A stretch of DNA of 56,171 nucleotides, filler included, from Platydemus manokwari (GCA_037951405.1; 5 parts of 5 records of this genome joined end to end with filler, not necessarily neighbours in it), one strand, 5' to 3'; numbered from the whole stretch's first letter, positions 1-12,804 are shown. The notes: a model not told the origin generated them from the letters alone. Numbers and translations are program-made.

Positions 1-265
1 GTTTTGCTATACGATGTAATACCTTACAAATAAGTTCATAGCTCATATTGTTAGCTTTTTAATTACTTGATTGCTCATAAGTAGTTGTTTCAATAACTGT
101 TAATATTTTTTCTGATAGATGTATTTTCATTTGTAATTATCGATGCACATTAAATATTTATAAAGATTTAATATTTTTCAATGTCATTGACCAACCAAAA
201 TTCCTAAATTTAATGTTTTTTATCCGGTTTTGCTCATTTAGTATTTATGATAACTTAATTATTAA

Positions 266-336
266 CACGTTGACGGACATTTGCGTCTATAACCGTCAAT
301 TTCGAATTTCATTTGTTCCTACTGTCCGTCAATGTG
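266..336. mobile_element. 71-bp piggyBac-like MITE (TTAA-flanked, 14-bp TIRs)
   Basis: TTAA (262-265), CACGTTGACGGACA ... TGTCCGTCAATGTG, TTAA (337-340). The ends are 13/14 reverse complements. A TTAA target site is characteristic of the piggyBac superfamily. Confidence 0.7.
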
Positions 337-724
337 TTAAATATAATTGTTTAATAAATAATCACAGCATGATATAAATTATGATATTTAAATGTTGAAA
401 TTAAAACAAATATTGAATTTGTAATAGGAGATACGGCGTGATCCACTAATTTGAAAGAAGTAGTTTTTAAAATATCTTAATTTTACACTTGCATACCATA
501 TAAAATGGATTGTAGCTTACTTGATATGTTTCAATTTAACATTAAAATTATTTACAATTTATTTTTTTAAATGCTGTCTAGCATTGTTTACTGATTTTCA
601 AAAATCAAATACCTACAATTAAGTATGTTTCACTTACAAGTTCATTGATAAAACAAAGTTTCTTCAACAAATTTTGATTAAATTACCAACCATTTATGTT
701 TTATTATACGTTTAATTATAACAG

Positions 725-1090
725 ACCAAACCGCAGAAGCTGTCTATTGTAAATGGGAAGGTAATCTATATGCTCTTGGCACTATTTGGAATAGTTCGTG
801 TACGGTATACAATTGTACCAACAATGGATTTTTAACGCTTGAAACAAGTATAATATTCACACATTTCTGATCAGAAACTGAAATGATTTGTCTTTAATTA
901 GAATGCTTGGGTATCGATGGAATGTGCTATGATAATGATGCTTTTTTCCCTTGCAATGCAAGAAATACATTTAATTGGAGATGCAAATGCCAAATTATTG
1001 AATCTCTTGACGAACAAAATCAAAAACAACGAAGAGCAAATTTAATTATTACTAACTTTGACAAAAGTGATTTCAATTTTATTTATCTCC

Positions 1091-1135
<45 letters not shown>

Positions 1136-3598
1136 CAGTAATTAAATTAAATCAGTAGTATAATTAAGTATGTAATTTCTTTATTTCTAATTATAATTAA
1201 CTCGAATAATAAATTATATATTATGTTATTTTATATTATTGATAAATAACTTCATTAATTTCAGATGCTACACAGGCCAATACAAAGTTGGAGGAAGAGA
1301 ATGGTAAATGTGAATTACCTTTTAAATTCCTAGAATCGTGGTATTATGATTGTACCTCAGCTAATGATAATAAGATTTGGTGTTCTCATGACATGTTTTA
1401 CAATAAAAGATACTCATATTGTGGTAAGTATCAAATATTGTATTAAGTGATCTATTAATACTCAATTATTTTTAAAATACTTGTTTTATTATTTACCTCA
1501 ATTTCACATTTTTCTATAAATTTTCATTTCATCTATTTTGTTTGATTTTCTTTTTATCGAGACTCATTATTTGAAAATTGTTTTCAGTTTACGTCATTTC
1601 TACTTATGATCACAATAATATTATTATAAAATAGATTATTCATAATTTTCTGTATATCAAATCATATTTGTTTAAAAATATATAATACATATTTATTACT
1701 TTAATAAAAAATATTAATAAATCTTGGCTTGTATAATATAAATAATATTATTCTAAAAAAGAAAATTTTTGCGACATTTTAATAAAAATTGAAAAATCAG
1801 TAATTCATCTTATTTAACTGAGACTCGATCCATTACAAAAACCCCATTGAAATCTAAAACTTATGAAAAAGCCTTCAATGTATATTCTTTATACTATAAT
1901 AACAACGATAAATCATTCATTTAAGTATGTTATAAATTTCCAAACTATTATTTATAAATGTGACGATTTAAAACTTTAAATTTGAAAATGTTTTATAAAT
2001 TAATATCAAAATTATATTAATTTGTTTAAATAATAATTCCTAAATATATAATTTAGTGTCTCGACTTTAAAGCTCTTTTTGAATGTGTGCTTTATAAAAT
2101 AGTAGTAGTTTGTTATAAATATGAAAAATTTTATTGGATATTTATTTATTAACTTTTTTAATTTTATCAAGTCAATACCATGCAGACCAAATGTATATTT
2201 GATGGCAAAACCTATGATGATGGTCAACAATGGAAAGTTGGTTGCAATAATATCAAATGCTCTTCTTCTAAACTAATATTTTCACCTAGTAAGTTGATAC
2301 AATTGGTTTAACAAAAACTGAAAATTATTTTCTGTGATATCAGGCTGTTCAGCATCGAATGGAACTTGTGTACCATATAATTCCCAAGGCTATCCATGCA
2401 TTGATAATAAAATTTCTTATAAAAATTGTATGTGTGACAAGGATAAGAATAATTTAGGATTAAATGTTATCATCACAGGAACAGTATCAGGAGGAGGTAT
2501 TAATTATTAATTGCACTATATTGATAAATAAAGTAAAATCTATTTACTCAGATGCTCAAACTAATGGTTCAGTAGTGAAATTTTGTAAGAATATGAACAG
2601 TAATAAAATGTATGAAATTGGACAAGTATGGGTTATAGATTGTTTCACACTGAAATGCAACGATAAAGGAAAAACTGAAATTATGAGTAAAAGTAAGCTT
2701 TTTCATTTTATTTTTTCTTTGCTTTATTTTAATATTAAGAAATAATACTGTTTGGAAGAGTTTTATTGTTCATAAAATATTTTCTAAATATTTAAGGGAA
2801 TTAATTTGATTTAATATCTTAGAATGTCAAGCAAAGGATAGCAAATGTTATGAACCGGGCAAAAATGAATCTTTCGCCTGTGATATGAATGGAACTACCA
2901 GAGATAACTGTCAGTGTATCCAGGAAAATGAAGAAATAGTTCTCGTTGCAACGGAAGGAGGTAAATATCTTTAGTATAGATTGTAATTAATTTAAAATCT
3001 GAGGTAAATATTTTATATCAATCACATTATTCTGAAGTTATTTTGAATTTTCAAATTATTGTGAGATTCACCTTCTATAGGAGAAGGTAGATATTACTTC
3101 CAGGATTCAATAATCACAATATTTTCTACTAATTATTTTACATTATTTTTCCCAATTAACATTTCAATCTATTTCGATATATAATTTTATATTAACAACG
3201 GTTCCAATTAGACATCGTCAACATTAAATATACGTTGAACCTTTGATTCAGAGCCTCTACACAGACCCATGATTATATTTGTATCATTTTCAATTTAATT
3301 ACAACATTAAGATTGAATATTATTTTCAAATAATATGCTTCAATTAAATCCTTTTTAATAAATCAAGCAGAAAATAATATTTCTCTGAATCATTATAAAT
3401 TATATTTTTATAAATTTTATTATTTTAATATATTTACTTCATAATTTTTCTATTATATTTCTTTCATTATTTTTATATCGTTCAATATGGATATATACAT
3501 TGATAAATAAATTAATTTTAGGAAAATCGATCAGGCAAACTGTTAATATCCAACGGGTGCTGTCTTTCTTCCAAGCATCATCAAAATCATCATCGTAA
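725..3598 (+). CDS. Multi-exon cysteine-rich protein: three VWC/SVWC-like 8-Cys repeats plus one fibronectin type II domain; 5' exon not identified
   Basis: Exons with canonical AG/GT boundaries, all introns phase 1: 725-847 (YCKWEGNLYALGTIWNSSCTVYNC), 902-1066 (CLGIDGMCY..FPC..RCKC), 1265-1423 (GKCELPFKFLESWYYDCTSANDNKIWCSHDMFYNKRYSYC, FN2 pattern), 2172-2288 (CIFDGKTYDDGQQWKVGCNNIKC), 2344-2496, 2552-2692 (FCKNMNSNKMYEIGQVWVIDCFTLKC), 2823-2960, and a probable last exon 3522-3598 ending in TAA. The spliced frame is open. Confidence 0.75.
1095..1133. repeat. (TTA)n microsatellite
   Basis: About 13 tandem TTA units inside an intron. This produces the poly-Leu in ORF 907..1158. Confidence 0.95.
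1960..2115 (+). repeat. Dispersed ~160-bp repeat, copy 1
   Basis: Core TTAATTTGTTTAAA...TAGTGTC...TTTATAAAATAGTAGTAG is shared with copies at ~20166, ~35722, ~37008, ~37924 and ~38319. Confidence 0.65.
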
Positions 3599-4684
3599 CG
3601 TTTAAGAATGAAAATCAAATAAAAGATATTTGAATATTTGTTTTTTTTTCAATATTTCCCACATTAAATAACATCAGTTTATTCATCGAGAATATAAGAT
3701 ATAATAACTTGTAAAATATCTATCCGTAACTATTTTTGCGTTTATCTAATTATAAGAAGCTGTACAATATAAAAAATACTGTTATATTATTAAATATTAT
3801 AACAAACCAAATGTAATATTACTCTCAGTTAAAGTTATATCAAACACATTTAAAAACGAAATCGATTTGGTTGATATCATTCATTCAATCAATGATGAAA
3901 TTTTATTTTCTTTAAGCTGTGTAATAAAATCATCCCATTTATAAATGAAACTTCAATATATAATTCAATTTGGAAACAAGTTATGTTATAGAATTAGTTT
4001 TTAATATTACTTGCTAACTCTGTTAATTACAACTTGTTTCGTTTCATTCTTTGATTTAACATTTTAAAGTTTATCGAAAAAATTTTCTCAACGAAAGGTA
4101 GAACGGAAATATGATGTAATGCATGTTGTCAACAGTTTCATACGATGAACTTTATATATTTTCAATAGAATTCAAATTTTATTCCAAATATGAATTTGAA
4201 TTCAATACTAGTCAAGTCTGATTGGAATTTTGAAGGTGCTATATATAACAACAAATTGGATTTATACATTTTATAAATATTTTGATAATAATAAATAAAT
4301 TCATTAAAGAATATCCAAAAATTTACATATGAGTGTATTTTTCGTGCATTAATTATCATACTGTCTTAATATTTTAAAAACAATCATGAAAGTTAATTGA
4401 TTTTCTACCATTTATCTTGTACTTATTGGATAAAACTAACTCTATTGAAAACGGAACTTTCTTTAAGTTACTCTTAAAATTATCAAACTTCAAAGTTTTG
4501 TAAATATTAAAATTAAAATTATTACTTAAAGTTTTTCTTAAAATAAGTCTTTACTCAATTAAATTCCCATAAATTTATTTTGAATTCTATTTGGAATTGA
4601 TAAGTCTATTATTAAAATTATTCGATCGGGAATTCATTTTCCATTATTTTATAGTTAAATATAGTTAAGCATAATTAAATATAG

Positions 4685-4992
4685 ATTAATGCTCGTTGGA
4701 AATTAAATCCCAACTATTACCATAGCTTCGGTATAACAGAACATTATTATATTCTATTTGAATGCCCGTTGTCAATAAATGTTTTGGATGTGGTTAAAGG
4801 CAAATCTGTTGCGGACGCTATGAAATGGTGGCCTAACGAAAAGGTATAGAAATTTAAAATTCATATATAAATTATAAATCTTGTAGACTATAATTCATGC
4901 CATGGACCGAAAAACCGGAAAGCTTCTACAGAATGTCTATGTTGCTGATGCTCTTTTCACTTTTCATCACATAAATGCGTATGAGGATCAAG
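4685..4992 (+). CDS. Carotenoid cleavage oxygenase (BCO/RPE65/NinaB family), two internal exons only; gene fragment or pseudogene
   Basis: Exon 4685-4843 reads INARWKLNPNYYHSFGITEHYYILFECPL...MKWWPNEK. After a 43-nt GT-AG intron, exon 4887-4992 reads TIIHAMDRKTGKLLQNVYVADALFTFHHINAYEDQG. YHSFGIT and FHHINAYED are family motifs, each carrying an iron-ligand His. Confidence 0.85.
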
Positions 4993-5929
4993 GTGACCAA
5001 TATATAGATTATTACATTATAGTATTCATGTATTCTATAGAATTTTAAAATCATAAATATAGGATTTTGTAGAGATTGAAATGAAACAACGATTTGATAA
5101 ATATGAATCAATTATAACTATTTATTCTATAAACATTGGATTTTATCATAACTTAAACAAGTTAAGATTACAATAATTTAAAATTCCAGAATGATCAATG
5201 CAAGTTTTCTTAATATTAGCTCAGATATCACGTGTTCAGAATTGGTGGTCACCAGTTTCTTTCATTAACACTCTCCAATATCTATCTTCCTTTTGACGAG
5301 AAAAGTCCTAGGTGCAACATTGTCTGCCCGGTGTAAAGCCATAATCGGTAATGACCTCTCCCTGAATTATCGATTTACCAGACAATCATTAAGATATTTG
5401 AGGCAGAATGCCCATCAGCCCAGCCTCTTCTAGTATTCTTTACAAACTCTTTGTCTATATCACAATTGTAATCAAATATGCAGGGAAAACATAAACAGAC
5501 TGATGTTCTAATCAAATAGTAAAGAAACTGAGAGTACGTCAGAGAACGAAAAATACTCATGACCTTTAGTTCATATGATGCAAGGAAAATGAAAAATACT
5601 GACTCGAAGATGGCAAGATATCAGATCACGACGAAAAAGAATCGTCCGATAAATAAGTAATCGGAAAGTAAAATTAAGGCCCATAACATTTGGTAGTAAT
5701 GGCACAGTATAAAAAGGGCTAGGAAGAGAAGAAAAAGAAAGAAAAATCATACCCATTTATTAAGCAACTTTGAGTGAAAATCCTTTGCAATTTAAATTCA
5801 TGCACATTTATTTGATCGATTCAATAAATAATAAAAAAAAATAATTATTTCAAAAAGCATCACTTAATCTCAATCGAATTCGAAAGTCTAGGTTGTGAGA
5901 TAAACAACTCCTCAGGTGAAACAGAGGTT

Positions 5930-6640
5930 TTAGACAACAAAGACATAAATAAAGCAACTCGAATTATACACAAGTCAATCCGAGAATCTTTCCTTCAGAA
6001 ATGGCTTCAAGGAAAAGCATCAAATTATCTAGCCAGAGTCCTTACTACAAATACAAGATGTAACTCGATAATTTACAAAGGACTCGTTGAAAGTCATGTC
6101 TGGTAATTTTTTTATCGATGCAGGCTGAATGTGTTGCTAGTCAATCGGCAAATCTTCAAAAGAGATCAAGTCAATAGGAAGTGTAGACGATGCACTGCAG
6201 TTGAGGAAACACTGATCCATGTTCTACAAACTTGCGACCATTGCCTGACTCTAATAGTTTAAAGACATGACGAATACGAATGATATGCCTTGAAATTAAG
6301 TCTCCATACTTAATCATACACATAAATCAAACAATCCATTCCTACTCAAAAATGATGAAGTCTCTAACTTACGAATTGACTTATAAATTGAGAATCCTAA
6401 CAAAAAAACCATTTTTCTCGCTGATGTCAAGTATCCACTAGGAAAGAGGATCTCTTTAACAATGGACACATTAAAAATTATGAACATTATACTCCACTTC
6501 GAAAACGAATACTGGAACACAAGCCTGGTTACACAGTCAGCATTCAGACAATTACAATTGGATCGTTCGGATCAGTTCCACAAAACACAATAAAGACACT
6601 GTTGAAAATCGGAGTGGCAGAATCAAATATCCATGTGTTT
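5930..6640 (+). mobile_element. 3' fragment of an RLE-type non-LTR retrotransposon (R2/NeSL/R4-like), degenerate
   Basis: Interrupted translation W*FFYRCRLNVL...KCRRCTAVEETLIHVLQTC...RHD (CCHC finger), LRIDL*IENPNKKTIFLADVK (PD..D endonuclease region) and ITIGSFGSVP. Confidence 0.8.
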
Positions 6641-6796
6641 GTCAATGTGTATTTTATGTTTTCATAGATGCGGTTAAATATAACGCGTTGTTTTGTTGTT
6701 AAGAAACGAACAACAACATGTGAAATGATAGTGAAATTATGTTTTGAAAGTGATTCGGATTTGGATATTGGATGATGTTATTGAATTTGAGGCAAA
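6641..6796 (+). repeat. ~155-bp direct repeat, copy A (partner at 11555-11706)
   Basis: GTCAATGTGT...GATGCGGTTAAAT...TTTTGTTGTTAAGAAACGAACAACAAC..TGTGAAATGAT...GGATTTGGATATT...ATTGAATTTGAGG occurs in both places. Confidence 0.9.
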
Positions 6797-6849
6797 TAAT
6801 GTGTCGCGTTAGACTGAAGATCTAAAGGTCACTGATTCTATTCCGATTC

Positions 6850-9800
6850 GTGGCCATTTTTTGCCAATTTATATCAAATTTGTAATTTTAATATTGAGTT
6901 TTTTAACCAACTTAAAAATTTCTTCAATAAACTTGATTATCCATTAAAATCAGTTAATTCTAAAGTTTCTAATGAAAATTTGATATTAAATAAAAAATTT
7001 GAAGATTTAGAATCTAAAATTTCATCTTTAACTAAGAAGTTTATTGAATTAGAAAGTTTCAATAAATCCTTAAATCCAACTATTTCATCTGTATATGATT
7101 TCCAAAGAAAAGATACGATCGTAGATCCAATTTTTAAATTAAAGATACAGGATTCTTTGCCTAACAATGCGAACAAATCCGTATCTGAATCAAAACATTA
7201 AAATTAATCTGCCAGCAATATTCCTAAATCATTTATTAAACCTGGCCAAAGCTACGGTACTTCTGTACAAAGATAGTCGACTAAAAATATTTCTGTTTCT
7301 ACTGAAATGAAAATAGATGAGACATACATGGTAAAAAATGGAAAAAACTTAGATACTTACCAGACGAATCTCAATATTTTCGCTCTTTCCTTGTCACAAA
7401 GATGTTTGAAAAAATAAATTGTTATAAATTTTACAACCTGTAACTCCTTGTTCTCGTGTTTATATGAGTAAGAACAGATTGTATATTGAAGAGAATTCTG
7501 ATAAAGTGATATATACTAAAGCTCAAGTCTTCATTTTCAACTATCGTTTTCTACCCAAATCACAGATAAATTCGGATTAAAAAAATCGCTCCACAATCTG
7601 AGTCGATATCTTTTTACAAATTTTACTGAATTCAGTAATTCAATCAATATCGCTGATCTGAGAAAACGGAACAACTTTCTTAATCAATAACGGAAGAAAT
7701 TTAAAATGGAGAATGGATGCTTGCCTAGCCACTTTTGTTGAATGCAAGATTCACATTCGACAAATTTCTGACAAACCTCTTTCAAATTCTCAGACTTCCA
7801 AATCATGAATTGAAACAAATATTTAAAAAAAATATTCCAAAACGGTCAGACTTCATGTTACTGAATCCAACAGCCTCAGATTCCGAAATTTCGAAACTCC
7901 TTTATGAATTGAAGTCAAATTCCAATTTTCCGAAACATATAAACTATCAATCATTAAAATTCATTTCAGCAAAATTGCCAAGATCTGACAGTCATGAATT
8001 TAAAGAATCTGATATTGCATGGAATATCGGGAGTTTTGACTTACTCATTGTTTCGTTCAATGAAAAAATCTTAAACCAAGCGTTGCCGACTGAGAACCAA
8101 TTTCAAAGAATTAATGAGACCATTTTTCACACCAATACTCGATTCATAAACAATGAATTATCATATGAGCCTATCTCCAAAACACTCTGGGAAAGAAATC
8201 TAATTCGTAACTCTGCTTCTAATATTAGATAAGAAGCAAGTCAAACTATTTGCTGATGATTACCTCAAACTTTGTAAGTGTATTAGAACACTGCGTAAAG
8301 AACTCTTATCTGTGTAAAATTGTAAGAATCATCAGAAATCATCTACAAACAACCTCATTAGTCAAGGAATCCTTGAATCTCTCTATGAAAAGTGCAAATG
8401 AATGTTATAATGGATTTATCAAAAATATTTTTCGCAATTGCAAATCAAATAATGAGAAATTATTCAAAATCCATGACCTTGGAAAATAGCTAAAAGACAT
8501 TCAATAACAATCAGATCCTGCATTCAACAGTTCTACCATTATTGAAGTTGCGACTTGTCAAAGCGCCAAAGCAGTAATTTCAAATAGAAAATCATATTCA
8601 ATTTCTCAATATCGTCCTCTTACAATAGATCGTTCAATTGAATAAAAAATAATCAAAATATGCAACCATCTTAGTCAAAAGTTAAAACCGTCCGTCACAA
8701 ATACACAAATCATCGCCTGAAACTCAGAACAGTCTATAATTTCATCAGGGGTAAGCACACAATCTCAGTCTACTGAAATCTCTGAATCAACTGATGTGAT
8801 AAACGATGCAGTAAATGTATCCTAATAAGCGAAACATCAGAAGTAAATGTGTCAGCTGCATACTCATCAGCCAAAATCTTACTGGTAAAAAATATTGCAG
8901 AAAATCATTAGGCAGTATCAAGAAGAGACTCAGACCGAAAAAATTATCTCTTTGTAGAGATAATTTAACTCAATCAACAAATCAATAACTGATTATGCCT
9001 GCAACAGCTGATAGCACATCATCCACCAAGGCTGGTGCAGAATGCGCTACGCCAAAATCTGAGTGCTCTAGCTTTTTTGTAACATTGATTAAACAGCTTG
9101 GTTCACTGACATTTTCTCAAATTTACTGGTGGAGAACCAGCGATTGTAAACATCAAATCATTTACTGCCAATCTGACAAATTCAATTAAATATCTATTCC
9201 GGGAGTTTCGAGATATATTTGTTCTTGATTATGAACTCTGGTAATATCTCACAACATATCATGATATTCCAACTATAAAGAAATCAAAGGTTGTTTTTAT
9301 CCTAATCTTCTCATCAGGCTTCCATCTATGCCTAATTATTGCTGATATTGAAAGAAATCAATAAAGTGCTATCAGAAAATATACCTGTTCAACCAAAACA
9401 ATTCCAAAGCCATATCTAGGAGATAAACCTTTATTCGAAATACCGGAAAAAGCTAAATTTTGTCTAATGTTTCGCTGGGACTTGAAAATTACCGTTGATA
9501 AAATTATCCACAATAATAATTCAATTATCAACTGCACTCCTTCAATTGAAGATATTTGCAACTATTTCACAGCTGAAATACCTACAAATTATTGTTTGCT
9601 AGAATCGATAAAAACAATTTTGCCGAAACTAGAATTGAGCCCAATTAGTTGGGAGGAAATTGTTGCAAAGTACAGGAAACTAAAAAATTGTTCCCCAGGA
9701 CCAGATGGCATTAATTACAGTCAGATTATCCAATTCGAAAATTCCGCAAGGAAAATTCCTTTTAATGTTCTTTATTTGATACCGAAGTCCAATAAATCAG

Positions 9801-11440
9801 ACTATCGTGATATCTTTAGCTGGTGTCCCATCACTTTATCTAACTCAATATATAAGATACTCACAGCAATACTTACAGATCGCCTCCACAACCGGGTGAA
9901 AGAACACTGCATCTCAATGCAATCTTTACCTACAACCAAAAAAATGTGCCTATCTAGAAATTCCAGCATTGAATACCAACAACTCACAAATCTGCATCAA
10001 CAATACTCCAATAAAAAACCTGCAACCTGGAGAATTCTATGACTATCTAGGTGTGTCAGTTGACAATGAAATCGACCAAATACCATACCAACTTCTTGAA
10101 AATGAAATCTCAAATGTGGAAAAAATAAATCAATCTATACTTTATTGCCATCAAAACTTTTATTTTTTCAAGATTAATATTTTCTTCTCGAAGAAGAGAA
10201 ATTACACAAAAAGACCTTGAATATCTAAGAACAACCGCCATTACAGGCAATCAAAGCACAAAACTTCGTCGGATTTTTCGAGAAATCTTAAATCTCCCGC
10301 CACAAGCTGAAGCATGTTACTTGTACGTTGCATCAAAAGATAGTGAAGCTGGACTTAGAGACCTACTCGATGAATATCATTTGCAATAATTGGCCTGGGG
10401 ATTTAAGTTGTTGAATTCTGAATTCTGAGTATTTTGAAAAACAATTGAAAATCATTTTTGAATTAAACGAAAATGAAATCCATATGAGAATAACTGATGG
10501 TTTAAGCAAAACAAAAATTATCCAACCAAAAGAACGCAAAAAGATCACCAAAATTCTTCACACTAGGTTTCAACTGTCTTACTTAATCAAATGGGCTAGT
10601 AGCAATTTATCCAATCTTTTCTGCCAATGTGTGAGGCATAGTGACAAACTGAAAAAACTAATTTATCGAGGAAAATAGGAACATTTGCATGGAAAATTCA
10701 TACATCAAGTTAGACTGAATTGCTTACCAATTAACACACGAGCTCAGGACAACGATTCTTCAAAGAGAAAATGTTGACATTGCCACACCGAATATGAGAC
10801 AATGGTTCATGTTCTCCAGGCATATAGATGCAATAAGAGTCTGATCACACAGAGGCATGATTTCTGCCTCAATATCATCTCCCAACTACTCCGAAAACCT
10901 GGCTGGATAGTGAATATCAACGAGACAATTCAATATTTGACAGATTCTCATTTTACATCATATCAGAAAGTGGACATCTATTTAGAGAATGCTGCAACAA
11001 GAAAAATATTTCTCATTGATATCAAATGCCCAATTGACACTCCATAAACTATGGTAAATTGTATTAAGAAGAGCATGAACCAGTACAAAGATTTAAAGCA
11101 TAAAGTTATAGAATTCAAGCCGAGGTATCACGTGGAACTGCTAACAATAGTGATTGGATCATTGGGAACAATTCCATTAACTACAAAGGTAATTTTTAAA
11201 AAGTTGAAAATTCCACAATTTCCGATAAAAGACTTATACACCAACCTATCAATTTCAAACATCAAATTCTCACCAAGGATTTGTCACTTTAACCACACTG
11301 GAGTGCTTATAAATTTTATTGATTTATGCCGAGATAAAGGACTATCAATTGAGCACACGTAAAGAGGAGAATATAGAAAGTCAAAAACCGAGAAAGGAAA
11401 GGTTTTTGCCAATGGTTTTCTCTTGATAAAATCATTAATG
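6850..11440 (+). mobile_element. Long degenerate RLE-type non-LTR retrotransposon (NeSL/R2-like) with an internally deleted RT; 5' limit approximate
   Basis: RT N-terminal part SPISWEEIV..SPGPDGINY..LIPK..WCPITLSNSIYKILTAIL (9467-9900) and RT end EFYDYLGV (~10040). C-terminal RLNCLP..KC*HCHTEYETMVHVL..RHD, KVDIYLEN..IFLIDIKCP and IVIGSLGTIP (10700-11362). Many stops and frameshifts. Confidence 0.85.
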
Positions 11441-11554
11441 AATGGAAAATATTAATTCAATGCATTGAAAAATTGCAACATTAATATAAGTTGTAAAATA
11501 TAATTGAAAAACAAGTAATGAGAAAAAGAAATTTTCGTCTATTGAAGTGCATCC

Positions 11555-11706
11555 GTCAATGTGTTATATGTTTTTATGGATGCGGTTAAATGAAAGCGTT
11601 ATTTTGTTGTTAAGAAACGAACAACAACGTGTGAAATGATTGTGAAATGATGTTTTGAAAATGATTGGGATTTGGATATTTGATGAGATATTGAATTTGA
11701 GGTAAA
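11555..11706 (+). repeat. ~155-bp direct repeat, copy B (runs into the gap)
   Basis: Aligns by eye with 6641-6796. Preceded by CC, giving CCGTCAATGTGTTA, the same as the right end of the MITE at 266-336. Confidence 0.9.
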
Positions 11707-11806
11707 NNNNNNNNNNNNNNNNNNNNNNNNNNNNNNNNNNNNNNNNNNNNTTAATTAATTAANNNNNNNNNNNNNNNNNNNNNNNNNNNNNNNNNNNNNN
11801 NNNNNN
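11707..11806. other. Artificial contig linker N44-TTAATTAATTAA-N44
   Basis: 100-bp spacer with a 12-mer that gives stops in all six frames. Identical at four places in the window. Confidence 0.97.
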
Positions 11807-12804
11807 ATTTCTCCCATACAAAACATCAACGTAATTTTCATTGGCTTTTAGCTAGGATGAATTAGAATTCTCGTTTTACTGTTGCCATTTTTTTAAACGA
11901 AATCTTTGATCATTAGCTGTATTTCGACTCAAAATATTCGTAATTACTGCTCATTATATTCCTGTTAAACATCAAAATGAAAATTAAATCCTTTTGTAAA
12001 AATTGTTATCACTCTGTTTAACAATATATTCTAATTAATTCATTGTGAAAACAAAATAATTCTATCAGGAAAAGTTGGTAGTTTATTTTTAGCAGAGACA
12101 AAATTTCATTATTTACTACCTCAAGGTGACCAATCATTTCTCATCCTCTAGGCAAGTTAGTGGTTGTCAAGGTGATTTTCTAGAATAGACATTCAAATTC
12201 ATAATATAATTTCAAAGTGAAAAGTCAGTCATATAAAACGGCCGCGCTATAATCAATGCGAATCGTTTACTTAGATATTATCCAATTTCTGTCATAATAA
12301 GATCGTGTTTGTAAAGTTGAATTATAATTGTGGGTCAAATATAGTTCTTTAATTGATATATTCCAAATAATTTGTGATTTATTTTAGCTTAATCAACGAC
12401 ACGATTTTATTTTTTTGACGGCGAGTATTTATTTAATGCCTAAACTGAAAGCTTATAACAAGGTAAACCTGATGAAACATTGTTGAATAAATATTGAGTA
12501 TTTGAATAAATATTTAAGTAAATATTGTCTTTTGCTTTTATTAATACAAATACAAAACAAAGTTTGATAGAGATAATTTTCCTTTTGTTTTCTTCATCAA
12601 GATTTGCTTTTGACTTTGACTGAAAAGATAAATTTATATTTTAAACTTATTATTGCTAACTTTAAATTTATATTACTTAAAGCTTTAGATATTTATTAAA
12701 ATAGTCTTTATTGAAATTAATATATTAGTCGAAATGTTCCATTGTTCATATCTTTAGCCACATCTCCGAATACTTGCGAAGTATTTTATAAAACAATGTA
12801 ATAT

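Noticed and set aside
907-1158. Poly-Leu 'transmembrane' tail in ORF 907..1158
   Set aside because: Read-through into an intronic (TTA)n microsatellite. The exon ends at the GT at 1067.
1823-1879. Possible extra exon (TRSITKTPLKSKTYEKAFN) in the Cys-rich gene
   Set aside because: The open frame is phase 0-0, incompatible with the flanking phase-1 introns, and the phase-1 reading hits a stop.
11751-11762. Palindromic TTAATTAATTAA as a biological motif
   Set aside because: Embedded symmetrically in N runs four times, so it is an assembly spacer.
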